Counted from the first letter of the stretch, positions 24,919 through 35,853 are shown. The stretch is 64,000 nt of DNA from Acidimicrobiales bacterium (GCA_026002915.1 BPGG01000001.1:1312366-1376365); one strand, 5' to 3'. Translations and numbers: made by a program. The notes: generated from the letters alone by a model not told the origin.

Positions 24919-25767
24919 ATGCAGATCCAGAGTGTGGGAATCGTCGGCTCCGGAATCATGGGTTCCGGAATCGCGGAGGTCGCCGCAAAGTCTGGCTTCT
25001 CGGTGGTGCTCAGGTCCAGGAGGCTGCAGACGGCCGAAGAGATGCTCCGCGGAATCGAGAAGTCCCTCGCGCGCCAGGTGGAGAAGGGTCGACTCGAGGC
25101 GGACGCAAAGGACGAGGCGTTGGCGCGGGTGACAGTCACCGAAGACTTGAAGGACTTGGCCTCGTGCGATCTCGTCATCGAGTCGGTCGTCGAGGACCTC
25201 GCCGTGAAAAAGGAGCTCTTCGGGGAGCTCGACGACATCTGCGGCGAATCCACGATCCTGGCCACCAACACCTCGACCCTGCCGGTGGTCGAACTGGCGG
25301 TCTCCACGAAGCGGCCCGACCGCGTCTGCGGCATCCACTTCTTCAACCCGGCGCCGTTGATGAAGTTGGTCGAGATCGTGCGGCCGCTGACGGCAGCAGA
25401 AGAGACGATCTCGACGGCGAAGGCGTTTGCCGAGTCGTGCGGCAAGCAGCCGGTGGAGGTGCAGGACCGAGCAGGCTTCGTGGTGAACGCTCTACTGTTC
25501 CCCTACCTGAACAACGCCGTGCGGATGCTGGAGGCCGGAACGGCCACCAGAGAAGACATCGACACTGCCATGAAGCTGGGGTGCAACTTCCCGATGGGCC
25601 CCTTCGAGCTCCTGGATCTCGTGGGCATAGACACTTCGGTGGCGATCCTGGACGCTCTGTACGAGGAGTTCCGCGATCCCAACTTCGCCCCTGCTCCCAC
25701 GCTGCGGCGCATGGCCGCGGCGGGGCTTCTCGGTCGGAAGAGCGGTCGGGGATTCTACGAGTACTGA
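24919..25767 (+). CDS. hbd: 3-hydroxybutyryl-CoA dehydrogenase (NAD-dependent 3-hydroxyacyl-CoA dehydrogenase)
   Basis: GIVGSGIMGSGIA, HFFNPAP and the C-terminal 3HCDH domain. Confidence 0.9.
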   Translation: MQIQSVGIVGSGIMGSGIAEVAAKSGFSVVLRSRRLQTAEEMLRGIEKSLARQVEKGRLEADAKDEALARVTVTEDLKDLASCDLVIESVVEDLAVKKELFGELDDICGESTILATNTSTLPVVELAVSTKRPDRVCGIHFFNPAPLMKLVEIVRPLTAAEETISTAKAFAESCGKQPVEVQDRAGFVVNALLFPYLNNAVRMLEAGTATREDIDTAMKLGCNFPMGPFELLDLVGIDTSVAILDALYEEFRDPNFAPAPTLRRMAAAGLLGRKSGRGFYEY

Positions 25768-25773
25768 TCGAGT

Positions 25774-26439
25774 TTGCCCCGGCCGGTAGAGCCCCCGCCC
25801 TGCCGCTGGGATTTCCCTGACCCCGAGACGGCCGACGACGTCGGTCTGGTCGGAGTCGGCGCAGACTTGGCTCCGGGAACTCTGCTCGCCGCGTACCGAA
25901 GGGGGATCTTCCCCATGCCGCTCAGACCCGGTGGGCCGATCGCGTGGTGGTCGCCGGACCCGAGAGGGATCCTTCCGCTGGACGGCCTCCGGGTGACTCG
26001 CTCACTGCGAGCCTCATGCAAGCGTTACGAGACCACGATCGACGAGGCGTTCGAGCGGGTCGTCGAAGGCTGTGCATCTGTCGAACGCCCGGGTGCCTGG
26101 ATCACCCGAGAGGTGATCGACGCATACGTCCGGCTCCACGAACTCGGGTGGGCGCACTCGGTGGAGACGTGGTCGCGGGACGGAGCGCTCGTGGGCGGTC
26201 TGTACGGCGTGGCCATAGGAGGATTCTTCGCCGGCGAGTCGATGTTCCACCTGGCACGTGACGCCTCCAAGGTGGCCCTCGTGAGGCTGGTGTCGGTGCT
26301 GCGCGAGTGTGGAGCGGAGCTGCTCGACGTCCAGTGGGTCACGCCGCATCTCGCCGGCCTCGGTGCGGTGGAGATCCCCAGGTCGGAGTATCTGCGGCGA
26401 CTGCGACGGGCCGTGTCACTCGAAGTGCGCTTCCCCTGA
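25774..26439 (+). CDS. aat: leucyl/phenylalanyl-tRNA--protein transferase
   Basis: GLVGVGADLAPGTLLAAYRRGIFPMP, WWSPDPRGIL and GGLYGVAIGGFFAGESMFH. The start lies 6 nt after the hbd stop. Confidence 0.85.
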   Translation: MPRPVEPPPCRWDFPDPETADDVGLVGVGADLAPGTLLAAYRRGIFPMPLRPGGPIAWWSPDPRGILPLDGLRVTRSLRASCKRYETTIDEAFERVVEGCASVERPGAWITREVIDAYVRLHELGWAHSVETWSRDGALVGGLYGVAIGGFFAGESMFHLARDASKVALVRLVSVLRECGAELLDVQWVTPHLAGLGAVEIPRSEYLRRLRRAVSLEVRFP

Positions 26440-26530
26440 GATCGGCTGTCCGAATGCCAAAGCCGGTACCAAAAACGCGCTCGGGCAGTCAGAATTTCTC
26501 CTACCGGGCCAGAATCTGCCCCGATTCTCG

Positions 26531-28579
26531 ATGGGTCGGACGAGGGAGAGACCTGACGTGTCCAGCCGAGACGTAGATCAGAACGAATCGCCGGAAAGCG
26601 CAGGCAAGCCGCTGCACCACGAGAAGGACAAGCCGTGGCTGATGCGAACGTACTCGGGCCATTCGACCGCAAAGGCCTCCAACGAGCTGTACAGGCGGAA
26701 CCTGGCGAAGGGCCAGACGGGCCTGTCGATCGCATTCGACCTGCCGACCCAGACCGGTTACGACCCCGACGCCCCCGAAGCGAAAGGTGAGGTCGGGAAG
26801 GTCGGGGTGCCGGTGGCCCACCTCGGGCACATGGCCCAGCTCATGGAGGGCATCCCCGTCGGGGAGATGAACACCTCGATGACCATCAACGCCACGGCCG
26901 CCTGGTTGCTCGGTCTGTACGTGGCACATGCGGAGAATCAAGGCGTGGAGCCGAAGGTGTTGCGCGGGACCACCCAGAACGACATCGTCAAGGAGTACCT
27001 GTCACGGGGCACCTACATCTTCCCGCCGGTTCCTTCTCGTCGTCTCATCGTCGACATGATCGCGTTCTGCTCGCAGTGGATCCCCAAGTGGAATCCGATG
27101 AACGTCTGCAGCTACCACCTGCAGGAGGCGGGTGCGACGCCGGTTCAAGAGGTCGCCTACTCCTTGGCGACCGCCGTGGGGGTGCTGGACGCGGTGCGCG
27201 AGTCGGGCCAGGTGCCTGAGGACCGGTTCCCGGCCGTGTTCGCCTCGATCTCGTTCTTCGTCAACTCGGGGATCCGCTTCATCGAGGAGACCTGCAAGAT
27301 GCGGGCTTTCGTGGAGCTCTGGGACTGGATCGGAAAGGAGCGCTACGGGGTCACCGACCCGAAGGCCCGTCGCTTTCGCTACGGGGTTCAGGTCAACTCT
27401 CTGGGGCTCACGGAGGTTCAGCCGGAGAACAACGTGCAGAGGATCGTCCTCGAGATGCTGGGGGTGACCCTCTCCAAGCGAGCGAGGGCGAGATCCATCC
27501 AGCTTCCCGCGTGGAACGAAGCGCTCGGCCTGCCGCGCCCCTGGGACCAGCAGTGGTCTCTGCGAATTCAGCAGGTGCTCGCCTACGAGACCGACCTGCT
27601 GGAGTACGAGGACATCTTCGACGGCTCGAAGGTGATCGAACAGCGCACCGCCGAGATCAGGGAAGCGGCTCGGGCGGAACTGCAGGAGATCATCGACATG
27701 GGCGGCGCCTTCGAGGCCATAGACGAGATGAAGGCGAGGCTGGTCCGCTCCCACACGGAGAGGATGCGAAAGATCGAACGTGGGGAGATCCCTGTGGTCG
27801 GGGTGAACATCTTCACCGAGAGCGAACCGTCGCCCCTGGTCGGCGACGAGCACATCCTCAGAGTGGACCCTTCGGTCGAGGAAGAACTCGTCGCCGACGT
27901 GCGGGCCTGGCGCGCCTCGCGCGACCAGGACGCGGTGAAGCGGTCGCTCGACGAGTTGAGGCGGGCGGCGATCGAGGGGCGGAACATCATGCCGGCGACG
28001 ATCGACCTGGCCCACGCCGGAGGCACGACCGGAGAGTGGGCGGGTGTCCTGAGAGAGGTGTTCGGCGAGTATCGCGCACCCACGGGCATCGCCCGGGCGG
28101 TGGGTGCGGGCGGAATCTCCGCAGGCCTCGCTGCCGTGGCCGCACGCGTACGGGAGCTCCCCGGCGGCCCGCCTCGCATCCTCGTGGCGAAACCCGGGCT
28201 CGACGGCCATTCGAACGGAGCCGAGCAGATCGCCGTGGCGGCGCGCGACGCCGGAATGGAGGTGATCTATCAGGGGATCCGTCTGCGCCCCGAGCAGATA
28301 GCCGCCGTCGCCCGTGACGAGGACGTCGAGCTGGTGGGGCTCTCCATTCTCTCCGGAAGCCATCTCGAACTCACCGAGGCGACGCTGGAGCTGCTCAGAG
28401 CCAACGGCGTCACGGCGCCGGTCGTCGTCGGCGGGATCATCCCCGAAGCCGACCGACCGACCTTGATAGAGATGGGCGTGGCCGCGGTGTACACGCCGAA
28501 AGACTTCGACCTGGGTCGGATCATGTCAGAACTAGTGGACCTGGTGGCCCGCTACCGCCAAGGCTTGGTGGTCGCCTAA
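26531..28579 (+). CDS. ecm: ethylmalonyl-CoA mutase (MeaA-type fused B12-dependent acyl-CoA mutase)
   Basis: KPWLMRTYSGHSTAKASNELYRRNLAKGQTGLSIAFDLPTQTGYDPD closely follows MeaA/Ecm N-termini. The C-terminal B12-binding domain has KPGLDGHSNGAEQIA (DxHxxG). ATG 26531 chosen. Confidence 0.85.
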   Translation: MGRTRERPDVSSRDVDQNESPESAGKPLHHEKDKPWLMRTYSGHSTAKASNELYRRNLAKGQTGLSIAFDLPTQTGYDPDAPEAKGEVGKVGVPVAHLGHMAQLMEGIPVGEMNTSMTINATAAWLLGLYVAHAENQGVEPKVLRGTTQNDIVKEYLSRGTYIFPPVPSRRLIVDMIAFCSQWIPKWNPMNVCSYHLQEAGATPVQEVAYSLATAVGVLDAVRESGQVPEDRFPAVFASISFFVNSGIRFIEETCKMRAFVELWDWIGKERYGVTDPKARRFRYGVQVNSLGLTEVQPENNVQRIVLEMLGVTLSKRARARSIQLPAWNEALGLPRPWDQQWSLRIQQVLAYETDLLEYEDIFDGSKVIEQRTAEIREAARAELQEIIDMGGAFEAIDEMKARLVRSHTERMRKIERGEIPVVGVNIFTESEPSPLVGDEHILRVDPSVEEELVADVRAWRASRDQDAVKRSLDELRRAAIEGRNIMPATIDLAHAGGTTGEWAGVLREVFGEYRAPTGIARAVGAGGISAGLAAVAARVRELPGGPPRILVAKPGLDGHSNGAEQIAVAARDAGMEVIYQGIRLRPEQIAAVARDEDVELVGLSILSGSHLELTEATLELLRANGVTAPVVVGGIIPEADRPTLIEMGVAAVYTPKDFDLGRIMSELVDLVARYRQGLVVA

Positions 28580-29814
28580 CCCTCTGTCGACTTTTCGCGA
28601 CTCTCTCCGGACGCGCCTCCGTGAGTTCTCGGCCGCTGGGCTGAGAGACCCAACCACAGGGTCACGGCGAACGCCGCTGCTGCCCACAGGAACTGGGCCT
28701 CGGGGTAGGAGTACCCGCGATTGTTGGCTATCCCCAGAGGGATTCCTGCCGAGAGGGTGGCAGGCCAAGCCCACAGCTTGCGGCCGGATCTACCGTCTCC
28801 GAGGGCGACCCCCATCGCAGCTGCCGAGGCGACCGTGTAATGCCACCAGGCGAGGGGAGCCAGCAGAGGAACCGCAGACCAGAAGAGTGCCCATCGGGAG
28901 CTCTCCTGTCGCATCCGTGCGAGGGAAAGAACGAGCACCGCCACGACAGCGAACCTCACCAGTGTCCCGACCCGGAGCGCCTCGGAGGCTTCTTCGGAAC
29001 CCAGTAGGCGAAACGCGAAGGCATCGGCCGACCCGTTGTAGGGATTGACGGAAGCCTGCCGAGAGATCGCCTCTGATGCGTCGCGGTATCCCTCCATTAT
29101 CTCCGTTCCGCCTGCCAGGACCACGGCTAGTACGCCGAGGCACAGAACAGCGGACGCGCAGTAGACGAGCAGACGCCAGCGTCGGGACAGCAGCGGTACC
29201 AGCAGTACGACCACCGGAGTCGCCTTGAAAACAGCCACGAGCACCATCACCGCCACAAAGAGGAACCGTCTGATGCCGGGACGGTCCCACAGACAGGGGA
29301 TCATCGCCGCTGCGGCGAACATGAAGGCCGAGGTCTGGCCGAGCCCTGTGACGATCAGGGTGTGGGGAGTGACGGCAGCAGCAGCCAGGCTCAGGACTGC
29401 CGGCGCTCTGGGATCGGTGGGGGCGAGGCGGGCCCAGAGCAACACCATCCCCAGGGTCATCGCCAACGCAGCGGTCATCCGTGTCAGTAACGCGCCCGCC
29501 CACGGGCCGACAAGAGAGAGGATCCTCACGATCGGGAGAGCCGGTGGCGGCGACACGAAAGCCACGGCGAACTCTTCACAGTCGAGCTGGTCGGCCATGA
29601 TCTCGCACGACCGCTCCCTGAAGTCGGGATGTAGGTCGAAAAGTCCGCCACTGACGGGCACGTAAACGGCCTCAGGTCTACTCACGACCAGCTCACCTGC
29701 TACGACGAGCGGGATGGCGTCTTGTGCGTCGCGGGGGTCTCGTATCAGCGGTACCACGAGCCAGGCGACCATGAGGGCCAGACAGACGAGACCTTCCCGC
29801 GTTCCGATCAGCAA
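28576..29814 (-). CDS. polytopic membrane protein, glycosyltransferase family 87 (DUF2029)-like
   Basis: About 10 predicted hydrophobic helices with an acidic first loop (RDPRDAQDAIPLVVAGELVVSRPEAVY). Function is a weak call, and the start (TTG 29814 or ATG 29772) is uncertain. Confidence 0.5.
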   Translation of the reverse strand: MLIGTREGLVCLALMVAWLVVPLIRDPRDAQDAIPLVVAGELVVSRPEAVYVPVSGGLFDLHPDFRERSCEIMADQLDCEEFAVAFVSPPPALPIVRILSLVGPWAGALLTRMTAALAMTLGMVLLWARLAPTDPRAPAVLSLAAAAVTPHTLIVTGLGQTSAFMFAAAAMIPCLWDRPGIRRFLFVAVMVLVAVFKATPVVVLLVPLLSRRWRLLVYCASAVLCLGVLAVVLAGGTEIMEGYRDASEAISRQASVNPYNGSADAFAFRLLGSEEASEALRVGTLVRFAVVAVLVLSLARMRQESSRWALFWSAVPLLAPLAWWHYTVASAAAMGVALGDGRSGRKLWAWPATLSAGIPLGIANNRGYSYPEAQFLWAAAAFAVTLWLGLSAQRPRTHGGASGESREKSTEG

Positions 29815-29930
29815 TCGGAACCAACTGGTGGGCCTCTGGGAACTCCGCGCGGCCGATTCGATAATGCGCGTTATACCGCATGCTGCGCCGTGCGGCTTGA
29901 AATCGGCTTTCGACTTCCGATGGTTCTGAC

Positions 29931-30701
29931 GTGGAAGAACGGCGTGGGGTGCTGCTCCTCGCCACGGGTGTGACGGGGCTTCTGCTGGGAGTGGGAGGGG
30001 CGCTCTGGGAGTCCTTCCAGATGGCCGTGATCGCAGGAGCACTCGCACTGGTGGGTGGGGTGTCGGCCTGGCGCCTGGTCGGGCTCCTCCGAGAGGCGCG
30101 GAGGGAAATCCGTGCTCTCACGGGCGAGGTGAACCGTCAGCGTCGTGCTCGTGAGATGGCCGAGGCACAGCGAGACCGCATACGCGTCCAAGGCGTCGCA
30201 CGCATGGCAGTCAGAGAAGCTCCGACGGGCGACTTGCTCTTGGACCCCGCCACCGGCCTGTACAGCGAGGACTACTTCATGGTGGCCCTCGACGGCCGGG
30301 TCACCACCGCCAAGAGGACGATCCGACCGGTGACTTGTGCGCTGGTCGACACGGCCGTGAAATGTGAAGACGGCTTCGGCCCGGCGGATGCTCTTGTCGT
30401 CTCCGAGGTCATCCGAGCCGCTCTCGACCAGCGGCACACGGCTGCCCGCCTGGCGGGTGGCGAGTTCGGGATAATCATGGACGACACAGACACGGAGACG
30501 GCAGTGATCGAGGTCCGCCGTCTGCGTGAGGAGATCGCTTCCCGTATCCCGGGTGCCACCGTATGGGGTGGAGTCGCCTGCTACCCGGCTCACGCCTCGA
30601 ACTCCGACGACCTCGTCAGAGCCGCGGAAAAGGCGTTGATATGCGCCCGCGAGTGGCGAAACGGCAAGATAGAGGCCGCCACGACGGCGGAAGAATACTG
30701 A
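29931..30701 (+). CDS. membrane-anchored diguanylate cyclase (GGDEF domain)
   Basis: Two N-terminal TM helices and a coiled coil, followed by DPATGLYSEDYF and RLAGGEFGIIM (GGEF motif). Confidence 0.8.
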   Translation: MEERRGVLLLATGVTGLLLGVGGALWESFQMAVIAGALALVGGVSAWRLVGLLREARREIRALTGEVNRQRRAREMAEAQRDRIRVQGVARMAVREAPTGDLLLDPATGLYSEDYFMVALDGRVTTAKRTIRPVTCALVDTAVKCEDGFGPADALVVSEVIRAALDQRHTAARLAGGEFGIIMDDTDTETAVIEVRRLREEIASRIPGATVWGGVACYPAHASNSDDLVRAAEKALICAREWRNGKIEAATTAEEY

Positions 30702-30723
30702 CCGAATCTCGCACCAGGACTGC

Positions 30724-31581
30724 ATGAGTACGGCGGGCACGGACGAAGGAGAAAGGGTGCTCACCGTACGTCGAGTACGTTTCGCGTGGCCCGAGGCGAT
30801 CGATTCGGACTGGATTCCCGCCCACCCCGAGTTCGCTTACGCGGCCAACGGTGTTTCCCTGCTGATGCCGTATGCCGAACCGCTCTTCATAGACGCGGTC
30901 AGAGAGGCGGCACAGGCCCTCCCACCCAAAGACGCAGCTCGGCTGGCTGCTTATACAGGCCAGGAGACCACGCACTGGCGCGAGCACGAGCGGTTGAACT
31001 CCCTGCTCCGACGTAGGCACCCTTCTCTCTCCCGCGTCGAGAGGTGGGCGGACGCCTGCGCCAGATGGGTCCGCAGGCGGAGCACCGCATTCAAGGTGGC
31101 GTTTGCGGCAGGTGGTGAGGTGATGTCGTTCCTGCTCGCACGCTGGGTCGATCGGAACGCCCCCAGAGTCTTCCGGGGTGCAGACCCGATGGTCGCAAGT
31201 ATCTTTCTCTGGCACCTGGCCGAAGAGGTTGAGCACAAGAGCGCCGCTGCCGACGTGTTCGAAGCAGTCGACGGCTCCCGAGTGCGCTACGCGGTCGCAA
31301 TGGTCACCGGTAGCTCGATGCTCTTCTTCCTCGTCTGGATCGCGATGCTGATCCAACTCCGAGACGCCGGAAGGCTCCTCAGTCCTCTCGCTCACCTCAG
31401 GATCCTCCGGTGGGCGCTGGACCTCGGGTTCACCCTGCTCCCCGGGATGTTCGTCTCCGCCCTCCCCGGGCACGGCCCCAGAACGTTCGCCGACCCTCCG
31501 CTGCTCAGCACCTGGCTGCGCTCCTACGACCCCGTCTCGCGCACGATGCCGCTGTGGGAGCGGGACGGCCGTACGGCGTGA
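30724..31581 (+). CDS. predicted metal-dependent hydrolase (PF10118-like)
   Basis: TGQETTHWREHERLN and FLWHLAEEVEHKSAA are His/Glu-rich putative metal sites. Confidence 0.55.
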   Translation: MSTAGTDEGERVLTVRRVRFAWPEAIDSDWIPAHPEFAYAANGVSLLMPYAEPLFIDAVREAAQALPPKDAARLAAYTGQETTHWREHERLNSLLRRRHPSLSRVERWADACARWVRRRSTAFKVAFAAGGEVMSFLLARWVDRNAPRVFRGADPMVASIFLWHLAEEVEHKSAAADVFEAVDGSRVRYAVAMVTGSSMLFFLVWIAMLIQLRDAGRLLSPLAHLRILRWALDLGFTLLPGMFVSALPGHGPRTFADPPLLSTWLRSYDPVSRTMPLWERDGRTA

Positions 31582-31721
31582 GACCACCGAGAGTGCATGC
31601 TGCTGGTCGCATATGACCGGTTCACACGACGGGTTCACGACCGACGCTTGGTGCGTCTAGCCGTCTCACTCGGGCGACCGGGCGTTTGTCGGCGACTCGC
31701 CGGGCAGGGGCCGGGTCTTTG

Positions 31722-32723
31722 TCAGCGACTCGTCTGGATGAGAAAGCAGCGATCCGCCAGTTCGCCGAAGGCGTACTGCTCGTAGGTACCCCCGAACATG
31801 TCTCGCGTGCGTTCGGTCCAGGCCAGGGCCTCTGGAGAAGAGACCCTGCGGTGGATCTGCAGGATGCCTCCCTCGAACACCCGGTACTCCGCCCACGCTC
31901 CCGGGTAGTCCTTCACGCAAGCGACTTCCACCCACGGCACGTCGCCGGTGGCAGAGAACCGTCTGACCCGGTTGCGATGTGTGTGTCCGGCGAAGTATCC
32001 GACGAGTTTCGTCTGCCGGACGAAGAGGTCGACCAGTTGCTCGGAGTCGTCACAGTTGATGCCGAAATATCCCTCGGGGCGCGTCCGGGAATCGGGGCTC
32101 CAGCAGTGGTGGTGGCCGAAGACCATCACGGGAGCATCGCTCGCAGCAGCTATGTCTCCGAGCCATTCGATCTGCTCGGCCGTGACACGACCGGTCGTCT
32201 CGAACGGAATCGTGGTGTCGATCACCGCCAGGCGGACACCGGGGAGGTCTACGTAGAACGGGGCGTCCGACGCGAAGTCCTCGCCTCGGTAGGCGTCGTG
32301 ATTCCCTCGCACATAGTGGAGTCGCTCACCGAAGACGGGCTCGTAACAGTCCAGGAACTCCCTGAACTCCTCTCGGATCCCGTGAGTGGTGAGGTCACCC
32401 TTCACCACCACGGCCGAGGGATCCACCTCGGAGATCTCTCGGACGGCGGCCTGGTTCATAGTCTGCGGATAAGGCGGGGCACCCTCCGGGCTTCGGTAGA
32501 CGGGGCCCACGTCCATCCCTTCCACGACGCCGCATTCGGTCTCACCGAAGTGGACGTCGTTCACGGTGGCGAACCTGCACAGCAACTCACCCGGACGTGG
32601 GAGAGTCCGGAAGGTGAATCCGTCGAACTCATAGACGGTGTCCGGTTCGAGGTCCCCGTAAGTCCTGACGGTCGCGCCGTCATGTACGACCGCCTCGTCG
32701 TCGGCGACCGTAGTCAGTTCCAC
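31722..32723 (-). CDS. metallophosphoesterase (calcineurin-like)
   Basis: Motifs VNDVHFGE, VVVKGDLTTHG, GNHD, FGHHH and GHTHRN. Confidence 0.8.
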   Translation of the reverse strand: MELTTVADDEAVVHDGATVRTYGDLEPDTVYEFDGFTFRTLPRPGELLCRFATVNDVHFGETECGVVEGMDVGPVYRSPEGAPPYPQTMNQAAVREISEVDPSAVVVKGDLTTHGIREEFREFLDCYEPVFGERLHYVRGNHDAYRGEDFASDAPFYVDLPGVRLAVIDTTIPFETTGRVTAEQIEWLGDIAAASDAPVMVFGHHHCWSPDSRTRPEGYFGINCDDSEQLVDLFVRQTKLVGYFAGHTHRNRVRRFSATGDVPWVEVACVKDYPGAWAEYRVFEGGILQIHRRVSSPEALAWTERTRDMFGGTYEQYAFGELADRCFLIQTSR

Positions 32724-32821
32724 GCAGCTCAGGATAAGGGCAGGCTCGAGACGTGGGGGCTCACCGCAGGCCGGTCACCGCAGGTCACCTCAGCCGGATA
32801 TCCGCAGAAGACACCGGGGGC

Positions 32822-33091
32822 TCAACGCATCGGGCGATCGCGTCTGAGCGGCACCGGCTTGGACCACCACCTCCCCGAGAACCGCCACCTGGTCGAACTG
32901 CGCGTCGGGCGACCCTCGATCCGCTTCGCTCGCAAGACGCTGAGAGCGGCGACCACGGCGGCCACCTCCTCGTCCGACGCTTCCCCCGAAGACGGGCTGA
33001 GCTCCACAGCGGCGGCGTCCGATGCGATTCCAGGATCACCGGCTCGGCGCTCTTGGTGCTCTTCGCCGGTGTTCTGTCCCTGCCTACTCAC
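32822..33091 (-). CDS. acyl-CoA carboxylase epsilon subunit
   Basis: The GTG start overlaps the pccB stop (GTGA). [18 protein letters not shown]...RWRFSGRWW matches the short AccE pattern. It is not listed as a separate ORF in the track; it is the tail of 32822..33871. Confidence 0.6.
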   Translation of the reverse strand: MSRQGQNTGEEHQERRAGDPGIASDAAAVELSPSSGEASDEEVAAVVAALSVLRAKRIEGRPTRSSTRWRFSGRWWSKPVPLRRDRPMR

Positions 33092-34641
33092 AGCGGGATG
33101 TTCCCGTGCTTCCGTCTCGGGAGCTCTTCGCGCTTGGAGCGGAGCATCTCCAGCCCGGCTATCAGCTTCGGTCTGGTCTCTGCAGGATCGATCACGTCGT
33201 CGACGTAACCCCTCTCTGCGGCCACATACGGGTTGGCGTACCGCTCCGTGTACTCCTCCACCAGCTGCTGACGTCTGGCCTCGGGGTCTTCGGCCTCCTG
33301 CAGCTCTCTCCTGTAGATGATCTCGACCGCACCCTGTGGACCCATGACGGCCAGCTCGGCGGTCGGCCAAGCGAAGGCGAGATCCGCACCGATGGACTTC
33401 GAGTTCATGACGACGTAGGCGCCGCCGTACGCCTTGCGCACCACCACCTGTATGCGCGGCACCGTCGCCTCGCAGTACGCGTACAACAGCTTCGCGCCGT
33501 GCCTGATGATCCCGCCGTGCTCCTGGTCGACACCCGGGAGGAAGCCCGGTACGTCGACGAACGTGACCAAAGGAATGTTGAAGGCGTCGCAAGTCCGCAC
33601 GAAGCGAGCGGCCTTCTCCGAGGAGTCGATGTCCAGCACCCCTGCCAACACCATCGGCTGGTTGCCGACCACCCCGACGGGGTGACCGTCGAGCCTGGCG
33701 AACCCGCACACGATGGACTGCGCCCAGTGAGGGAAGTACTCGAAGAACTCGCCGTCGTCTACCACAGCCCGGATCACTTCCTTCATGTCGTAGGGCTGCG
33801 TCGAGCTGTCCGGGAGCACGTCCAGCAGCTCGGGAGTGGTGCGCCTCGGGTCGTCGGACGGCTCTACCCAAGGCGGCTCTTCGAGGTTGTTGGAAGGCAG
33901 GAAGGACAGCAGGTACCGGACGTCGTCGAGCACCTCCTCCTCACTGTCACCCACGAACGCCGCCACACCGGACTTCGAGGCGTGCGTCTGGGCACCGCCG
34001 AGTTCTTCGAGCGTGACGTCTTCGCCTGTCACGGCCTTCACCACGTCGGGGCCGGTTATGAACATGTGAGAGCTCTCCCGGACCATGAACGTGAAGTCCG
34101 TCATCGCCGGGCTGTAGACGGCACCGCCGGCGCACGGACCCAAGATCACGCTTATCTGGGGTGTTATCCCGGAGGCTTGGACGTTCCGGTAGAAGATCCC
34201 GCCGTACGCCGCCAGTGAGACCACTCCCTCTTGGATGCGCGCGCCCGCTCCGTCGTTCAGGCCGATCACGGGAGCTCCCACCTTCAGAGCCAGATCCATG
34301 AGTTTGTGGATCTTCTCGCCGAAGACCTCACCGAGGGCGCCGCCGAAGACGGTGAAGTCCTGTGAGAAGACGAAGACCTTCCTCCCGTCGATCGTTCCCC
34401 AGCCCGTGATCACCCCGTCGGTGTATGGACGCTCCGACAGGCCGCTGTCTAAAGCCCTGTGTCGGGCCAGCAGGTCCAGCTCGTGGAAGCTGCCTTCGTC
34501 GAGCAGATACTCGACCCGCTCCCGGGCGAGCATCTTCCCCTTCGCCTTCTGACGCTCGACGGCCCGCTCGGACCCGGCGTGCAACGCCTCTTCCTTGCGC
34601 TTCCTGAGCTCGTCGAGCTTGCCCCGTACGGTCTGCGACAT
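33088..34641 (-). CDS. pccB: propionyl-/acyl-CoA carboxylase carboxyltransferase (beta) subunit
   Basis: [18 protein letters not shown], tandem carboxyltransferase domains and [14 protein letters not shown]. Confidence 0.9.
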   Translation of the reverse strand: MSQTVRGKLDELRKRKEEALHAGSERAVERQKAKGKMLARERVEYLLDEGSFHELDLLARHRALDSGLSERPYTDGVITGWGTIDGRKVFVFSQDFTVFGGALGEVFGEKIHKLMDLALKVGAPVIGLNDGAGARIQEGVVSLAAYGGIFYRNVQASGITPQISVILGPCAGGAVYSPAMTDFTFMVRESSHMFITGPDVVKAVTGEDVTLEELGGAQTHASKSGVAAFVGDSEEEVLDDVRYLLSFLPSNNLEEPPWVEPSDDPRRTTPELLDVLPDSSTQPYDMKEVIRAVVDDGEFFEYFPHWAQSIVCGFARLDGHPVGVVGNQPMVLAGVLDIDSSEKAARFVRTCDAFNIPLVTFVDVPGFLPGVDQEHGGIIRHGAKLLYAYCEATVPRIQVVVRKAYGGAYVVMNSKSIGADLAFAWPTAELAVMGPQGAVEIIYRRELQEAEDPEARRQQLVEEYTERYANPYVAAERGYVDDVIDPAETRPKLIAGLEMLRSKREELPRRKHGNIPL

Positions 34642-34724
34642 ATCAGGCGCAAGGCTAACTTCGACTCCTGTCTTTGCGCGAAAGAGAAGTCAGCCACTGG
34701 TCCGGCAACCGGAGGACGGTGTTC

Positions 34725-35849
34725 GTGACGCGAACGAGAGACCGATCACGAGAGGACGCAGAGGGGGAAGGGACCGACGGAGGGGTCTTCTTCCCGATCG
34801 ATCCGATTCTCGCCCGTCCTGTCGAAGACTTCGACGCGTTGCCTGAGGGCGAGATGATCTTCGAACCCAAGTGGGACGGGTACAGGTGCATCGCCTTCGT
34901 AGGACGCGGCGAGGTCGTCCTGCAGAGTCGCAACCAACTGGACATCACCGCTTACTTCCCCGAGATGGCCTCGGCGTTCCTCCGAAGGATCACGACCCCC
35001 TGTGTGCTCGACGGTGAGCTGATGGTGGTGGACGGCGGCACGCCCGACTTCGGGGCACTTCAGGCTCGCATCCATCCCGCTCCGTCACGCATCGCCCTCC
35101 TCGCAGAGCGGACGCCTGCTTGCTTCGTCGCCTTTGACCTGCTCCAACTCGAGGGGAGCTCTCTGCTCGCCACCGCGTTCTCCGAACGGCGCAGGCTCTT
35201 GGAGGAGACGGGCGCACTGTTCGAGGCGCCCCTGCACGTCACGCCGTGTACCCGGGACGTCTCGAGGGCACGACGGTGGTTCGAGAGCTTCACGGGAGGC
35301 GGGGTCGACGGTGTGATCGCGAAGCCGGCCGATTCCCCCTACAGGCCGGGCAAGCGGGACCTGTTCAAGATCAAGCACCGGAGAACCGCCGACTGTGTCG
35401 TCGCCGGATGGCGACCCGAACGCAACGGCGACGGGGTCGGCTCCCTCCTACTGGGCCTCTACGACGGCGAGGGGCGTCTGTGGTACGTCGGCGGCGCCTC
35501 GGGTTTTACCCGGTCCACACGCAGATCCCTGGTCCGAGAGATCGCGCCGTTGGTCGTCGCAGACGACGAACCCCACCCGTGGCTCGAGGATTCGCCGGTG
35601 AGACGGCCGGGTGCGTCCAACCGTTGGAAGACGGGGAGGGCTTGGCTTCCCCTCAGACCGCTGCGGGTGGTCGAGGTCGAATACGACGAGGCGACCGCAG
35701 ACCGATTCCGGCATGCGACACGAATGTTGCGTTGGCGGCCGGACAAGGAGCCCCGAGAAGCCACCTTGGACCAATTGGCGCCACCTTCTCCCGCCGACCT
35801 GTCGCCGCTCTTGCATCCGAAGTCTCCCCCAGGCTCGTCGCCATCCTGA
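34725..35849 (+). CDS. ligC: ATP-dependent DNA ligase (LigC-type, stand-alone)
   Basis: EPKWDGYR (motif I Lys), GVDGVIAKP (IV) and LFKIKHRRT (V). Start is GTG 34725 with GGAGGA 9 nt upstream; the track ORF starts at 34674. Confidence 0.85.
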   Translation: MTRTRDRSREDAEGEGTDGGVFFPIDPILARPVEDFDALPEGEMIFEPKWDGYRCIAFVGRGEVVLQSRNQLDITAYFPEMASAFLRRITTPCVLDGELMVVDGGTPDFGALQARIHPAPSRIALLAERTPACFVAFDLLQLEGSSLLATAFSERRRLLEETGALFEAPLHVTPCTRDVSRARRWFESFTGGGVDGVIAKPADSPYRPGKRDLFKIKHRRTADCVVAGWRPERNGDGVGSLLLGLYDGEGRLWYVGGASGFTRSTRRSLVREIAPLVVADDEPHPWLEDSPVRRPGASNRWKTGRAWLPLRPLRVVEVEYDEATADRFRHATRMLRWRPDKEPREATLDQLAPPSPADLSPLLHPKSPPGSSPS

Positions 35850-35853
35850 CCGT

